Source: Candidatus Omnitrophota bacterium (GTDB lineage: Bacteria > Omnitrophota > Gorgyraeia > Gygaellales > Gygaellaceae). Taken from it: DNA of 64,000 nucleotides. This document shows positions 1 to 10,507 of the stretch, one piece after another; within the stretch, counting starts at the first letter, position 1; each line of letters begins with the position of its first letter. The DNA lies in NCBI GenBank assembly GCA_018400015.1, contig JAGYNB010000002.1, positions 180,555 through 244,554 on the forward strand, read 5' to 3'. The notes beneath the pieces were generated by a model that did no database searches, was not told the origin of the DNA, and worked only from the letters and a program-made list of their open reading frames with translations. Position numbers and translations under genes: made by a program.

Positions 1-435
1 TTAGGTGAAAGCGTCACTGCTATTAAAAAGGGTATTTTTGCCAGTAAAATTGATACGAGGCTGGTAAAGAACATATTTGAAAAGGTTGGTTCTGTTATTG
101 AAGTAAAGCGCGATGCGGATATTGATATAGTAACAGCCCTTTCCGGAAGCGGACCGGCGTATTTCTTTTATATAGTTGCTAGTTTTATGGCTGTTGGTAA
201 AGAGAGGGGAATGGATCAGAAAAAAACCAATGAGCTTCTTTTTAAGACTTTGATTGGTTCAGCTGAATTATTGAAAGAAAATAAATTTGATACTAAAAAA
301 CTTATTGCCAAGGTTGCTTCAAAAGGCGGTACAACCGAAGCTGCCCTAAAGGTGTTTGATGATAATAATCTGAAGACAATTATTGCTAAAGGAATTTTAG
401 CTGCTTATAAACGCGCAAAGCAGTTATCTCGTTAG
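1..435 (+). CDS. proC: pyrroline-5-carboxylate reductase, C-terminal part (5' end lies upstream of window)
   Basis: Frame 1 is open from base 1 and reads ...ALSGSGPAYFFYIVASF...VASKGGTTEAALKVF, the P5CR dimerisation-domain signature; stop at 433-435. Confidence 0.85.
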   Translation, partial: LGESVTAIKKGIFASKIDTRLVKNIFEKVGSVIEVKRDADIDIVTALSGSGPAYFFYIVASFMAVGKERGMDQKKTNELLFKTLIGSAELLKENKFDTKKLIAKVASKGGTTEAALKVFDDNNLKTIIAKGILAAYKRAKQLSR

Positions 436-443
436 GAGGAATA

Positions 444-1304
444 ATGATTAAAGTTGGTATTATCGGAGGAAGCGGGCTTTATAATATAGAAGGGTTAGAG
501 GATATTAAAGAGGTCGAAGTTAACACTCCTTTTGGAAAGCCATCGGATAAGTTTATTGCCGGCAAATTAGAAGGTAAAGATGTTGTGTTTTTGCCGCGTC
601 ACGCTCGGGGCCATATTCATTCGCCTACCAATATTAATTACCGCGCCAATATTTTCGGTATGAAAAAACTGGGTGTAGAGTGTATTATTTCCGTGACTGC
701 CTGCGGAAGTCTTAAAGAAGAGCTTAAGCCAATGGATTTTGTCGTAGTGGATCAGTTTGTCGATAGGACCAATCATTCGCGCGGTATGAGTTTTTTTGAT
801 ACGGGGATAGTTGCGCATATTATGTTTGCGCACCCGGTATGTAAAGATTTAAGCTCTTTAATTTATAAAAGCGGTAAAGACTTAGGTATTACAATGCATG
901 AAAAAGGTACTTATATTAATATGGAAGGCCCGGCTTTTTCTACATTGGCTGAATCAAAGCTTTACCGTAGCTGGGGTATGGATATAATCGGTATGACCAA
1001 TATGCCTGAGGCAAAACTGGCTCGCGAGGCTGAGATTTGCTATGCCACATTGGCTGCTGTTACCGATTATGACTGCTGGCATCCTGGACATGAGAGCGTT
1101 ACCACGGAAATGGTAATAAGTAATCTTGTAAAGAATATCGAGAATGCAAAAAAAATTTTAAAACAGGTTCTTAAGGCTATGCCGGATACAAGAACATGCG
1201 CATGTAAAGATTCACTTCAAAATGCGATAATTACAGACAAAAAGAAAATCCCCGCATCTGTTAAGAAGGACTTATCGATTTTGATTGGAAAGTATGTAAA
1301 ATAA
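444..1304 (+). CDS. mtnP: S-methyl-5'-thioadenosine phosphorylase (purine nucleoside phosphorylase family 2)
   Basis: GIIGGSGLY N-terminus and LPRHARGH phosphate-binding motif typical of MTAP/PNP-II; AGGAGG RBS 6 nt upstream of ATG. Confidence 0.8.
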   Translation: MIKVGIIGGSGLYNIEGLEDIKEVEVNTPFGKPSDKFIAGKLEGKDVVFLPRHARGHIHSPTNINYRANIFGMKKLGVECIISVTACGSLKEELKPMDFVVVDQFVDRTNHSRGMSFFDTGIVAHIMFAHPVCKDLSSLIYKSGKDLGITMHEKGTYINMEGPAFSTLAESKLYRSWGMDIIGMTNMPEAKLAREAEICYATLAAVTDYDCWHPGHESVTTEMVISNLVKNIENAKKILKQVLKAMPDTRTCACKDSLQNAIITDKKKIPASVKKDLSILIGKYVK

Positions 1305-4144
1305 TGGATTATAAAAAAACTCTAAACTTACCGAATACAAAATTTCCCATGAAGGCAGGTCTTCCGGTATCAGAGCCGAAAACTTTAAAATACTGGCAGG
1401 AGATAGGTATTTTTTCACTTATCAGCAATAAAAAAACAAAAAAAGATAAGTATATCTTACATGACGGCCCGCCTTATGCAAACGGCAATATCCATTTGGG
1501 ACACGCCCTTAATAAGACCTTAAAAGATATGATTGTGAAATTTAAGACGATGAAAGGCGCAAATACGTATTATGTCCCCGGATGGGATTGCCATGGGCTA
1601 CCAATAGAACATCAGCTTTTTAAGGAGCTGGGAATAAAAAAAGGTGAAATCAGTCAGTTAAAATTCCGCAAAAAGGCATATCGCTTTGCGCAAAAATACG
1701 TAAATTTACAAAAAGAACAATTTGAACGCCTGGCTGTTTTTGCAGATTGGGATAATCCTTATCTTACTATGGCACCGACTTACGAAGAGGCGATCATATC
1801 CAGTTTTGCCAAGATCGCTAAAGATGGGTATATTTACCGTGGGTTAAAACCGGTTAACTGGTGTAAGAGTTGTGAAACTGCCCTTGCTGAGGCAGAGGTA
1901 GAGTATAGTGATGTGATTTCATCATCTGTATACGTAAAATTCAAGATTGAAGAGAATGCCAAATTTAAAAAGAATTCTTATCTACTTATCTGGACCACAA
2001 CTCCTTGGACGCTTCTTGCAAATGTTGCTGTTGCCGCGCATAAAGATCTAGTTTATGTTTACGCACAAATTGGCGATGAATTTTTGGTCTTGGCTAAGGA
2101 TTTACTGGCTAGGGTTATGGAAAAGTCGGGTATCACTGATTATAAAATATTAAATGAATTTAAAGGAAGTGATCTGGAAGGTTCAATATACCAGCATCCT
2201 TTTATAGAGAGAAAAGGCAAAGTCGTTAATGCTGATTATGTTTCCAAAGAAGACGGCACGGGTCTAGTGCATATTGCCCCCGGGCATGGCGCAGAGGATT
2301 ATCTTGTGGGCTTAAGGCATAAACTTGAGATGATTATGCCGGTTGATGAAAAGGGTTATTTTGATAATACGGCTGGTGAGTTTTCCGGTCTAAATGTACA
2401 TAAGGCAAATCCAGCGATTATCCAAAAATTAAAGGATTTAAATAAATTATTCATGCATGAGGAGATTACGCATTCTTATCCTCATTGCTGGCGTTGTAAA
2501 CAGCCGATAATCTTTCGTGCGACAAAACAGTGGTTTTTGTCTTTAGAAAAAGACTCTTTAAGGGATAAGCTTATTGATATTGTAGAAACACAAGTTAACT
2601 GGGTTCCCGCATCAGGCAAAGAGAGAATAAAATCAATGTTAGAATTGCGCCCTGACTGGTGTCTATCTAGGCAAAGGTACTGGGGGGTTCCCATACCGTC
2701 TTTGGTATGCACAAAATGCAAAGAAGAGTTTTTAGATGATGAATTTATCAAGAAGTTTGCGAAGATAGTTGCAAAGGAAGGAACTGATTCTTGGTTTGAG
2801 AAGGATTTGATAGATATATTACCTAAAGAGACTAAGTGTCCTTCTTGCGCTAATAAAGATTTTACCAAGGGAGCTGATATTTTGGATGTCTGGTTTGATT
2901 CCGGTGTAAGCCATCAGGCGGTTCTGAAAAAAAGAAAGGAATTGGAAGGTACCCCTTGTGAGCTTTACCTTGAGGGGTCTGACCAGCATCGGGGATGGTT
3001 TCAGTCTTCTTTGATTGTTTCCAGCTGTATTGATAATGCCGCTCCGTATAAAAACGTATTAACTCATGGTTTTGTCGTTGACGGTCAGGGCAGGAAGATG
3101 TCCAAATCCTTAGGTAATGTGGTTTCACCATTTGATATTATCAAGGATTACGGAGTGGATATCTTAAGGCTTTGGGTCTGTTCCAGCGATTATAACGAGG
3201 ATATAAGGATTTCGCCTGAGATCTTAAAAAGATTGTCCGAAGCCTATAGAAAAATACGCAACACCGCGAGGTTTATCCTAAGCAACCTTTATGATTTTAA
3301 TCCTAGTGAACAAATAATTGATTATAGTCAGTTTTCTAAGATAGATAAGTGGATTTTGTTTAAGCTGTCGCAGTTAATTGAGAAGACCCATAATTATTAC
3401 GAGCTGTTTGAATTTCATAAAGTATATAAAGAGATTTACAATTTTTGCAATGAGGATTTATCCATGTTTTATCTGGATATGGTAAAAGGAAGACTTTATA
3501 CCTACGCCTATGATTCTTTCAAGCGCCGTATGACCCAGAGCGTGATTTTCCAGGTGCTTAATACTCTTGTGCGTCTGGTTGCGCCCATTTTAAGTTTTAC
3601 CGCAGAGGAGATCTGGCAGCATATGCCGAAGCCAGAAGATAATAAACAAATGAAAAGCGTACATCTTCTTGATTGGCCTGAGCGTATTTTCGATAAAAAA
3701 CTAAGCGATGTGTCAAATGAGTTAAAAACTTTAGAAACCGATTTAGGGATAATTTTGCAGATATTACCTGAAGTAGCCCTGGGTTTGGAAGAAAAAAGAA
3801 GCGCTGGCGCAATCGGTAGTTCATTCGATGCAAAAATAAAACTATTGACAAATGATGAAATTCGTTATAAATATTTAACAACTATAAAGGATGACTTGAG
3901 CGAGATTTTCAAAGTTTCTCAAGTTGAGGTAAAAAAAGTAGATTCAGGCGCAGAAGAATTAAAATCTTTGGGAAAACAAAGTGTTTTTAAAGATATTGTT
4001 TTTAACGTAGATAAAGCAGACGGTAAAAAATGTGTACGTTGCTGGAACTACACGCTGGATATCGGAAATGACCCTGAATATAAAGAAATTTGTACTAATT
4101 GTATAACGGCAATAAAAAAGGTGGAAAAAAATGAAACAATTTAA
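1304..4144 (+). CDS. ileS: isoleucyl-tRNA synthetase (type 1, with C-terminal zinc finger)
   Basis: Class I HIGH motif (NGNIHLGHALN), KMSKS motif (KMSKSLGN), editing domain, C-terminal CVRCWNY...CTNC Zn finger; 946 aa; start overlaps mtnP stop (TAATG). Confidence 0.95.
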   Translation: MDYKKTLNLPNTKFPMKAGLPVSEPKTLKYWQEIGIFSLISNKKTKKDKYILHDGPPYANGNIHLGHALNKTLKDMIVKFKTMKGANTYYVPGWDCHGLPIEHQLFKELGIKKGEISQLKFRKKAYRFAQKYVNLQKEQFERLAVFADWDNPYLTMAPTYEEAIISSFAKIAKDGYIYRGLKPVNWCKSCETALAEAEVEYSDVISSSVYVKFKIEENAKFKKNSYLLIWTTTPWTLLANVAVAAHKDLVYVYAQIGDEFLVLAKDLLARVMEKSGITDYKILNEFKGSDLEGSIYQHPFIERKGKVVNADYVSKEDGTGLVHIAPGHGAEDYLVGLRHKLEMIMPVDEKGYFDNTAGEFSGLNVHKANPAIIQKLKDLNKLFMHEEITHSYPHCWRCKQPIIFRATKQWFLSLEKDSLRDKLIDIVETQVNWVPASGKERIKSMLELRPDWCLSRQRYWGVPIPSLVCTKCKEEFLDDEFIKKFAKIVAKEGTDSWFEKDLIDILPKETKCPSCANKDFTKGADILDVWFDSGVSHQAVLKKRKELEGTPCELYLEGSDQHRGWFQSSLIVSSCIDNAAPYKNVLTHGFVVDGQGRKMSKSLGNVVSPFDIIKDYGVDILRLWVCSSDYNEDIRISPEILKRLSEAYRKIRNTARFILSNLYDFNPSEQIIDYSQFSKIDKWILFKLSQLIEKTHNYYELFEFHKVYKEIYNFCNEDLSMFYLDMVKGRLYTYAYDSFKRRMTQSVIFQVLNTLVRLVAPILSFTAEEIWQHMPKPEDNKQMKSVHLLDWPERIFDKKLSDVSNELKTLETDLGIILQILPEVALGLEEKRSAGAIGSSFDAKIKLLTNDEIRYKYLTTIKDDLSEIFKVSQVEVKKVDSGAEELKSLGKQSVFKDIVFNVDKADGKKCVRCWNYTLDIGNDPEYKEICTNCITAIKKVEKNETI

Positions 4145-4517
4145 AATGAGTAAAACAGACCTTAAAAGATACAAAGAAGTACTTCTTAAAAGAAAAGAAG
4201 AGATTGTTGAACAAATTGAGCATATTTCTCGTGATACTCTTAAACGTTCACAAAAAGATGCTTCTGGCGATATTTCTGGTTATGCATATCATATGGCTGA
4301 TTTGGCAACGGATTCTTTCGATAGAGAATTCTCTTTAGGATTGGCTTCTAACGAAAGACAGATACTTTATGAGATTGACGATGCATTACGTAGGGTTGAA
4401 GACGGTTCTTATGGTAAATGCAGCGCGTGCGATAAGCCGATTCCTAAAACTAGGCTAAAAGCAATTCCTTATAGCAGGCTTTGTTTGAAATGCCAGAAGC
4501 TACAAGAAAAATCATAA
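4131..4517 (+). CDS. DksA/TraR family C4-type zinc-finger protein
   Basis: Coiled-coil N-terminus and C-terminal CSACDKPI...CLKCQ four-Cys finger characteristic of DksA/TraR; AAGGTGG RBS. Confidence 0.8.
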   Translation: MKQFKMSKTDLKRYKEVLLKRKEEIVEQIEHISRDTLKRSQKDASGDISGYAYHMADLATDSFDREFSLGLASNERQILYEIDDALRRVEDGSYGKCSACDKPIPKTRLKAIPYSRLCLKCQKLQEKS

Positions 4518-4981
4518 AGAAATATTTTTCTAAGAATTTTTTTCTTGTTTTTCTTTGCGTATTGATAGTTTTAATTGATCAATACACTAAATCCCTTGCT
4601 TTAAAATACCTATCCTTATTAAAGCCTCAGGCAGTTATCAATAGCATATTTTATCTAACGCTTAGTTTTAATACCGGAGCCGCATTCGGCATGTTTAAAA
4701 ATCAGGCCGTATTTTTTGTGATTGTTTCTATCTTTGCGGCAATAATTATCATTATAAACATTTCTCGCAGTAAAAATCTTATTGAGAATTTAGGTTTTAC
4801 TTTTATACTTGCTGGCGCAATAGGTAATCTTATTGATCGCTTAAGATTTGGTTTTGTAGTTGATTTTATCGATTTTGTCGTATGGCCTGTTTTTAATATA
4901 GCAGATTCTTTTATAACCGTAGGGGCTTTCATAATTATTTTTGCAGCATTTTTTCTTAAACCTAAGAAAATAAACAAATGA
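4490..4981 (+). CDS. lspA: lipoprotein signal peptidase (signal peptidase II)
   Basis: NTGAAFGMF and FNIADSFI motifs of LspA, four TM segments; ORF track start at 4481 is TTG, first ATG at 4490; overlaps the dksA-like 3' end. Confidence 0.85.
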   Translation: MPEATRKIIKKYFSKNFFLVFLCVLIVLIDQYTKSLALKYLSLLKPQAVINSIFYLTLSFNTGAAFGMFKNQAVFFVIVSIFAAIIIIINISRSKNLIENLGFTFILAGAIGNLIDRLRFGFVVDFIDFVVWPVFNIADSFITVGAFIIIFAAFFLKPKKINK

Positions 4982-5889
4982 AACGCTTTGAATTATTCGT
5001 TGAATCGATAGATAAAGATAAAAGGATAGACGTTTATCTAAGCGACGCCTTGGATAAATACGGTGTCTCAAGAAATCTTATCAAGGAGTTAATAAAAGAT
5101 AATAAAGTTATTTTGAATAACAACAAATCATTCAAGGTTCATTATAAGGTTAGAGAAAATGACAGGATTCTTGTTGACGTCCCGGATAAAAGCAAGTTGG
5201 AAATTAAGCCGCAGGAGATTTCTTTAGATATCGTTTACGAAGACGACAATCTATTGGTAGTCAATAAGCCAACTGGCCTGGTGGTTCATCCGGCTCCCGG
5301 CAATAAAGATAAAACTTTGGTTAATGCGCTATTATTTCATACTAAACAGCTTTCCGATATAAATCCCGAAAGGCCGGGTATCGTGCATAGATTGGATAAG
5401 GATACTTCCGGGCTAATAGTTGTCGCCAAGGATAACAATACCCATCTTCAGCTGTCGCGGCAGTTTGCAGAAAGAAAGATAGAAAAGGTGTATGTTGCTG
5501 TAGTTGAAGGAGAAGTTGAGTTTACAGAAGGGGTAATTGATATTCCTGTTGGTAGAAATCCTAAGGATTTTAAAAAGATGCGTGCTTTTTTTCATGAGGA
5601 CGCAAGAATGGCAAAAACATTTTATAAAGTTCTTTGTACAAATAAGAAATTCAGTTTGCTGGAATTGAAACCCGTAACAGGCAGGACTCATCAGTTACGC
5701 GTGCATTTAAATTATCTGGGACATCCTATTCTTGGTGATAAAAAATATTCCAGTAAAAATGATTATTCCCGGCTTTTTCTTCATGCAAAATATTTAAAGT
5801 TTATGCATCCTATGAAAAATAAGGTTATGGAATTCAATCTTAAGGTTCCCAATGAGTTTAGGGCATTTTTTGATAATAAAATATCTTGA
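4978..5889 (+). CDS. rluD: RluA-family 23S rRNA pseudouridine synthase (RluD-like)
   Basis: N-terminal S4-like domain (RIDVYLSDAL) and catalytic HRLDKDTSGLIVVAK motif; ATGA overlap with lspA stop. Confidence 0.85.
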   Translation: MKRFELFVESIDKDKRIDVYLSDALDKYGVSRNLIKELIKDNKVILNNNKSFKVHYKVRENDRILVDVPDKSKLEIKPQEISLDIVYEDDNLLVVNKPTGLVVHPAPGNKDKTLVNALLFHTKQLSDINPERPGIVHRLDKDTSGLIVVAKDNNTHLQLSRQFAERKIEKVYVAVVEGEVEFTEGVIDIPVGRNPKDFKKMRAFFHEDARMAKTFYKVLCTNKKFSLLELKPVTGRTHQLRVHLNYLGHPILGDKKYSSKNDYSRLFLHAKYLKFMHPMKNKVMEFNLKVPNEFRAFFDNKIS

Positions 5890-5937
5890 AATTTCAATAC
5901 CCAGTTGTTATAATATTTTAAATACAAGGAGGCTTTG

Positions 5938-6678
5938 ATGAATAAATCCGGAAAGATCTCAGGAATTATTTTTATAATACTTATTGTTGCTTTAGCAGCT
6001 GGTAGTGGTTATCTATTTTTACAGTGGCAGCAGGAAAAGCAGCGTGCAGACACTTTAGAAGCAAAAGTTTTCTCATTAGAAACAGAAAAAAAAGAGTTGG
6101 ATGCTAGGTATAAAACAACTGTGATTAAGCTTGAGGAGCTTGACTCTCAGCTGAAGGATAAGGATTTGCAAGTTAAGGCATTAGAGAATAACCTGCGTAA
6201 TGCAGAAGAGCTTAGAATAAAAGCCATAGAAGACGTAAATTCGATTCGTCAGCAAATGATAGAAACTGAGAACGCAAGAAAAGAGCTTGAGATTAATCTT
6301 GATCAAACAAAAGAGGAATTAGATTCTTTAAAATCTAAGATGAACGTTATTCATGAATCAAGCAAAATTGATACTCAAGACCAGATGTTTTCTTCCGCAG
6401 ATAACGTTGATTTAGACAAAATCGTGGTCTCTCCTAATGAAAGCCAAAAGATAAAAGACGCTCGGGTTTTGGTGGTTAATAAAGAGTATGATTTTGTAGT
6501 TTTAAATCTTGGCAAGTATGATAATATTGTCGTAGGAGATATTGTTCAGGTAATAAGAGATAATTCAATTATCGGTTCTTTGGAAGTAGAAGAAGTTAGA
6601 GAGACAATGTCTGTTGCTAGGTTCTCGACCGAAGGTTTAAAAGATCAGATAAAAGAAGGCGATTTACTAGCTTTATAA
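5938..6678 (+). CDS. membrane-anchored coiled-coil protein with C-terminal beta-rich domain (hypothetical)
   Basis: One N-terminal TM helix (ISGIIFIILIVALAAG), about 120 aa of heptad-like coiled coil, then a conserved-looking C-terminal domain (VLVVNKEYDFVVLNLGKYDNIVVGDIVQV); AAGGAGG RBS; ATG 5938 follows a TTG at 5935. Confidence 0.5.
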   Translation: MNKSGKISGIIFIILIVALAAGSGYLFLQWQQEKQRADTLEAKVFSLETEKKELDARYKTTVIKLEELDSQLKDKDLQVKALENNLRNAEELRIKAIEDVNSIRQQMIETENARKELEINLDQTKEELDSLKSKMNVIHESSKIDTQDQMFSSADNVDLDKIVVSPNESQKIKDARVLVVNKEYDFVVLNLGKYDNIVVGDIVQVIRDNSIIGSLEVEEVRETMSVARFSTEGLKDQIKEGDLLAL

Positions 6679-6685
6679 ATTTATA

Positions 6686-7993
6686 GTGTCGTTTCCAATC
6701 CCAACGTTAAAAAAGCTTAAAGGTTGTGTTATTGTTCCTGGCGATAAGTCTATAGCCCATCGCGCAATTATAATTAGTTCCCTATCAAAAGGAAAATGTG
6801 TTATAAGGCATTTTCCCTTCAATGAAGATTGCTTGAATACTATCGATATTTTCAAATCCCTCGGAGTAAAGATTAAAATTAATAAGAAAAAAGATGAGGT
6901 TACAGTTTTTGGTAATGGAATTAGGAGTTTAAAAAAACCAAAAGACTGTTTATATTGTAATTCTTCCGGAACCACAATAAGACTTCTTGCCGGAATTTTG
7001 TCTGCCCAGGAATTCGATAGCACTTTAACTGCCAGTAAGGCATTGTCCAAGAGGCCTATGTCGCGTATTACAAAGCCATTAAGAAAGATGGCTGCTTGTA
7101 TTGAAGGAATTTCAAAAGGTAAAGAAGAATATCCTCCTTTAAAGATTAAAGGTAGACCACTTGTAGGCATAAATTATAAGTTGCCTGTTGCCAGTGCACA
7201 GGTAAAGTCAGCTATCTTATTTGCTGGCTTGTACGCCGTTGGGAGAACTATTTTAGAGGAAGAGGTTATTTGCCGTGATCACACAGAGCGTATGCTTAAA
7301 TCTTTTGGTGTGGATATCCGTAGAAAAAATAAAAGAATTATCTTATTTGAAACTAATCAGATGTCGGCAGTTAAGAGTTTATTGATTCCGGGAGATATCT
7401 CATCAGCCAGCTTTTTTATCGTGGGAAGCTGTATTTTACCGGGTTCGAGCATAAAAATACGCAATATAGGAATCAATCCTACGCGCGGCGGTATTTTGAA
7501 AGTGTTAAAAAGAATGAATGCAGATATCAGGATAGTTAATAAGAAAGATTTGGTTGAACCTGTTGCAGATATAGAGGTGCGTTATTCAATGCTAAAAGCA
7601 ACCATTGTAAGTTGTAAAGAGATACCTTTGTTAATAGATGAAGTGCCGATATTGATGGTAGCTGCATGTTTTGCAAGAGGAACTACTGTGATAAAAGGAG
7701 TGAATGAACTTCGTGTTAAAGAAACAGATAGATTAAAGTCTATGGTTGATAATTTAACCAAGATGGGTGCAGATATAAAAATCTTCCGTAAGCAAAAAAA
7801 ACAGGATGTGGTTATAAAAGGTGTAAAATGCTTAAAACCAGCCAGGTTAAAGAGTTTTCAGGACCATAGAACTGCCATGAGCTTAATAATCGCTTCCTTG
7901 GGTTTAAACAAACCAGCAAAAATAGATAATTTAAGCTGTATTGATAAGTCTTTTCCTGAGTTTATTAATATTCTAAATAAGCTTAAATGTTAA
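6686..7993 (+). CDS. aroA: 3-phosphoshikimate 1-carboxyvinyltransferase (EPSP synthase)
   Basis: VPGDKSIAHRAIIISSL N-terminal motif and LRVKETDRL motif of EPSPS (distinguishes it from MurA); GTG start is inferred, so the exact start is uncertain. Confidence 0.85.
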   Translation: MSFPIPTLKKLKGCVIVPGDKSIAHRAIIISSLSKGKCVIRHFPFNEDCLNTIDIFKSLGVKIKINKKKDEVTVFGNGIRSLKKPKDCLYCNSSGTTIRLLAGILSAQEFDSTLTASKALSKRPMSRITKPLRKMAACIEGISKGKEEYPPLKIKGRPLVGINYKLPVASAQVKSAILFAGLYAVGRTILEEEVICRDHTERMLKSFGVDIRRKNKRIILFETNQMSAVKSLLIPGDISSASFFIVGSCILPGSSIKIRNIGINPTRGGILKVLKRMNADIRIVNKKDLVEPVADIEVRYSMLKATIVSCKEIPLLIDEVPILMVAACFARGTTVIKGVNELRVKETDRLKSMVDNLTKMGADIKIFRKQKKQDVVIKGVKCLKPARLKSFQDHRTAMSLIIASLGLNKPAKIDNLSCIDKSFPEFINILNKLKC

Positions 7994-8004
7994 TAAAATT
8001 ATGA

Positions 8005-8033
8005 TTGACAACAGGTTTTGACTCTGATATATT
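8005..8033 (+). promoter_or_regulatory. sigma70-type promoter upstream of mreB (TTGACA-17-TATATT)
   Basis: TTGACA at 8005-8010, 17-nt spacer, TATATT at 8028-8033, about 28 nt upstream of the mreB ATG. Confidence 0.55.
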
Positions 8034-8060
8034 TAACACATTAAACAATTGGAGTTAAAA

Positions 8061-9146
8061 ATGGTAAGAAGATTCAGAAATTTCAAGATACTGGAAAGAG
8101 CCAAAGATCTTCTTAATTATATTTTGGGGCTTTTTTCCAATGATATGGGTATCGATTTAGGTACTGCTACGACTTTGGTTTATGCAAAAGGCGAAGGAGT
8201 TGTTTTGTGTGAGCCTTCTGTAGTCGCTGTAGAAAAAGGGAAAAGCCATGTTTTAGCAGTTGGCCAGGAAGGAAAGCGTATGTTAGGCCGTACTCCCGGT
8301 AACATCATTGCTATCAGACCAATGAAAGATGGAGTAATCGCTGATTTTGAGATAACCGAGGCAATGCTGCGTTATTTTATAAAAAAGGTTCATAATCGCC
8401 AGGTTCTTGTTAGGCCAAGGATGGTTATTGCAATACCTTCTGGTATTACAGAAGTAGAAAAGAGAGCGGTTAAAGATTCTGCTGAACGGGCTGGTGCACG
8501 TGAAGTGTATCTGGTAGAAGAGCCTGTAGCAGCAGCTATTGGTGTAGGGTTGCCCATATCAGAACCGACTGCCAGTATGATTATCGATATCGGCGGCGGT
8601 ACAAGTGAGATCGCAGTTATATCTTTAGGTGGGATAGTTTATGCTAAGTCAATTCGCATTGGCGGTGACGAAATGGATCAATCAATAAGCGAATATTTGA
8701 AGAAAACTTATAATCTTATGGTTGGAGAGCGAACGGCAGAAGAAATTAAGATGAAAATTGGCTCGGCGTTTTCTTTAGATGAAGAAAAAAGCATGGAAGT
8801 AAGAGGGCGCGATCTTATAGTAGGTTTACCTAAAACCGTTACGATCACATCAGAAGAAATCCGAGATGCGCTAAAAGAGACCATAAGAGCGATAATTGAT
8901 GCCGTTAAGATGGTTTTAGAAAGGACTCCGCCGGAATTGTCTTCTGATTTGATAGAATTAGGTATTATTATGGCCGGAGGAGGATCTCTTTTAAAAGGTT
9001 TAGACAAGATCATTTCTGACGAAACTGGTTTACCCGTTCATATAGCGGATGATCCTATAACCGCAGTCGCTCTAGGAACGGGGAAAATACTAAATGAGAT
9101 ACGTTATTTAAAGCGCGTTACCGTTCCCTCACGTATTGAAATATAA
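8061..9146 (+). CDS. mreB: rod shape-determining protein MreB
   Basis: [18 protein letters not shown] actin-fold phosphate-1 motif and [13 protein letters not shown] phosphate-2 motif; GGAG RBS; ORF track start at 8049 is TTG, ATG at 8061. Confidence 0.9.
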   Translation: MVRRFRNFKILERAKDLLNYILGLFSNDMGIDLGTATTLVYAKGEGVVLCEPSVVAVEKGKSHVLAVGQEGKRMLGRTPGNIIAIRPMKDGVIADFEITEAMLRYFIKKVHNRQVLVRPRMVIAIPSGITEVEKRAVKDSAERAGAREVYLVEEPVAAAIGVGLPISEPTASMIIDIGGGTSEIAVISLGGIVYAKSIRIGGDEMDQSISEYLKKTYNLMVGERTAEEIKMKIGSAFSLDEEKSMEVRGRDLIVGLPKTVTITSEEIRDALKETIRAIIDAVKMVLERTPPELSSDLIELGIIMAGGGSLLKGLDKIISDETGLPVHIADDPITAVALGTGKILNEIRYLKRVTVPSRIEI

Positions 9147-9155
9147 AAAAATGTA

Positions 9156-9938
9156 GTGAAATTAAAGAAAAAGAAATTAGCCGTTTTTTTTGTTATTTTA
9201 TTTTTAGCTATTTTTATCCTTCCTATTTTTTCGTTTTTAAGAACCCCCACGCAAATTATCAGTAAGTATCCTTTATATGTGGTTAAGTTTTTTCAGGAGG
9301 AGTTAAAAGCTCTTTTTTTCTTCCATGCGAATATGCAGGAAAATAAACAATTAAAACAGCAACAGAAGAAACTTATTCATAAAATAATAATGCTTAGAGA
9401 GCTTGAAGCGGAGAATAAGAGATTAAAGGCGCTATTCGAATTTTCTAAACGTGAAAAGGGAGAATTTGTTTTTGCCAGAGTGATTGCCCGAGATACTTCT
9501 AATCTGGTTTCAAGTATGCTGATTGATAAAGGTACTTTTCACGGCGTGAAAATCAATATGCCGGTAGTTAATGAACTTGGACTTGTAGGTCGTATTACTC
9601 AGGCAGGAGTTTTTACTAGCCGGATAGTTCTTATTAATGATACTAGACTTTTTGTTCCTGCTTTAGTGCAGCGTAGTCGTGTTCAAGGCTTGGTATCAGG
9701 AAGGCTCCATGGCAATCTGGTTATGGGTTATATAGATAAAGATAGCGATATTGCCATAAAAGATATTGTGGTTACTTCTGGATTAATCGAAGCCAATACC
9801 AAAAGCATATACCCCAAAGGTATTCCTATCGGAGCAGTTGCTCAGATAACCAAGGAAGCAAAAGGTCAAATGCTTACCGCGCATATAAAACCCTTCGTTG
9901 ATACTAATTCTCTTGAAGAAGTATTGATAATAAAATAG
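9156..9938 (+). CDS. mreC: rod shape-determining protein MreC
   Basis: N-terminal TM segment, coiled coil, C-terminal beta domain with GLVGRITQ...LVQRSRVQGLV; position directly after mreB; GTG start. Confidence 0.85.
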   Translation: MKLKKKKLAVFFVILFLAIFILPIFSFLRTPTQIISKYPLYVVKFFQEELKALFFFHANMQENKQLKQQQKKLIHKIIMLRELEAENKRLKALFEFSKREKGEFVFARVIARDTSNLVSSMLIDKGTFHGVKINMPVVNELGLVGRITQAGVFTSRIVLINDTRLFVPALVQRSRVQGLVSGRLHGNLVMGYIDKDSDIAIKDIVVTSGLIEANTKSIYPKGIPIGAVAQITKEAKGQMLTAHIKPFVDTNSLEEVLIIK

Positions 9939-9943
9939 TTATT

Positions 9944-10507
9944 ATGCGAGTTATTGAACAATCAATAAATGATTTTAAAAGAATTATAAGAAAAAGCGGT
10001 TTTGATTTTTCTCTTATCGATAAAAATAAACTGTTAACAGTTTCTATCGTTGCTGTTTCGTTATTATTATTTGAGAGTAGTTTTTTGGAGTGGTTTAAGA
10101 TTTTTGGCGTGAGGCCTAATTTGGCTGTATGTTTTATTGTTTTATTAAGTTTTACCCAAAAACCCGCAGTTAGTTTATCAATGGTATTGTTGGCAGGTAT
10201 TATTAAAGACAGTTTTTCCGGATTTGTTTTCGGAATGAACACGGTTAGTTTTTTTATCACAATGATCCTTTGTCTTGAGGTAAAGAAAAAACTTTTTGCG
10301 CAGAAAATCGGTATATTTATTTTTATGGCTTTTCTGGGTATATGGATTTCTTTTTTGTTTTTTTGTTTTTATTCTTTGATTTATGAGTTAGATTGCAACT
10401 TTACTAGATTTTTTTGGGTTGTTTTTGTCGAATCGTTGTATAGCTCGCTGATATTTTTTCCGATATTGAAATATTTAAAAAAATGCGTACCCGAAATGTT
10501 TACTTAA
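9944..10507 (+). CDS. mreD: rod shape-determining protein MreD
   Basis: Small polytopic membrane protein following mreC; hydrophobic profile typical of MreD. Confidence 0.7.
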   Translation: MRVIEQSINDFKRIIRKSGFDFSLIDKNKLLTVSIVAVSLLLFESSFLEWFKIFGVRPNLAVCFIVLLSFTQKPAVSLSMVLLAGIIKDSFSGFVFGMNTVSFFITMILCLEVKKKLFAQKIGIFIFMAFLGIWISFLFFCFYSLIYELDCNFTRFFWVVFVESLYSSLIFFPILKYLKKCVPEMFT

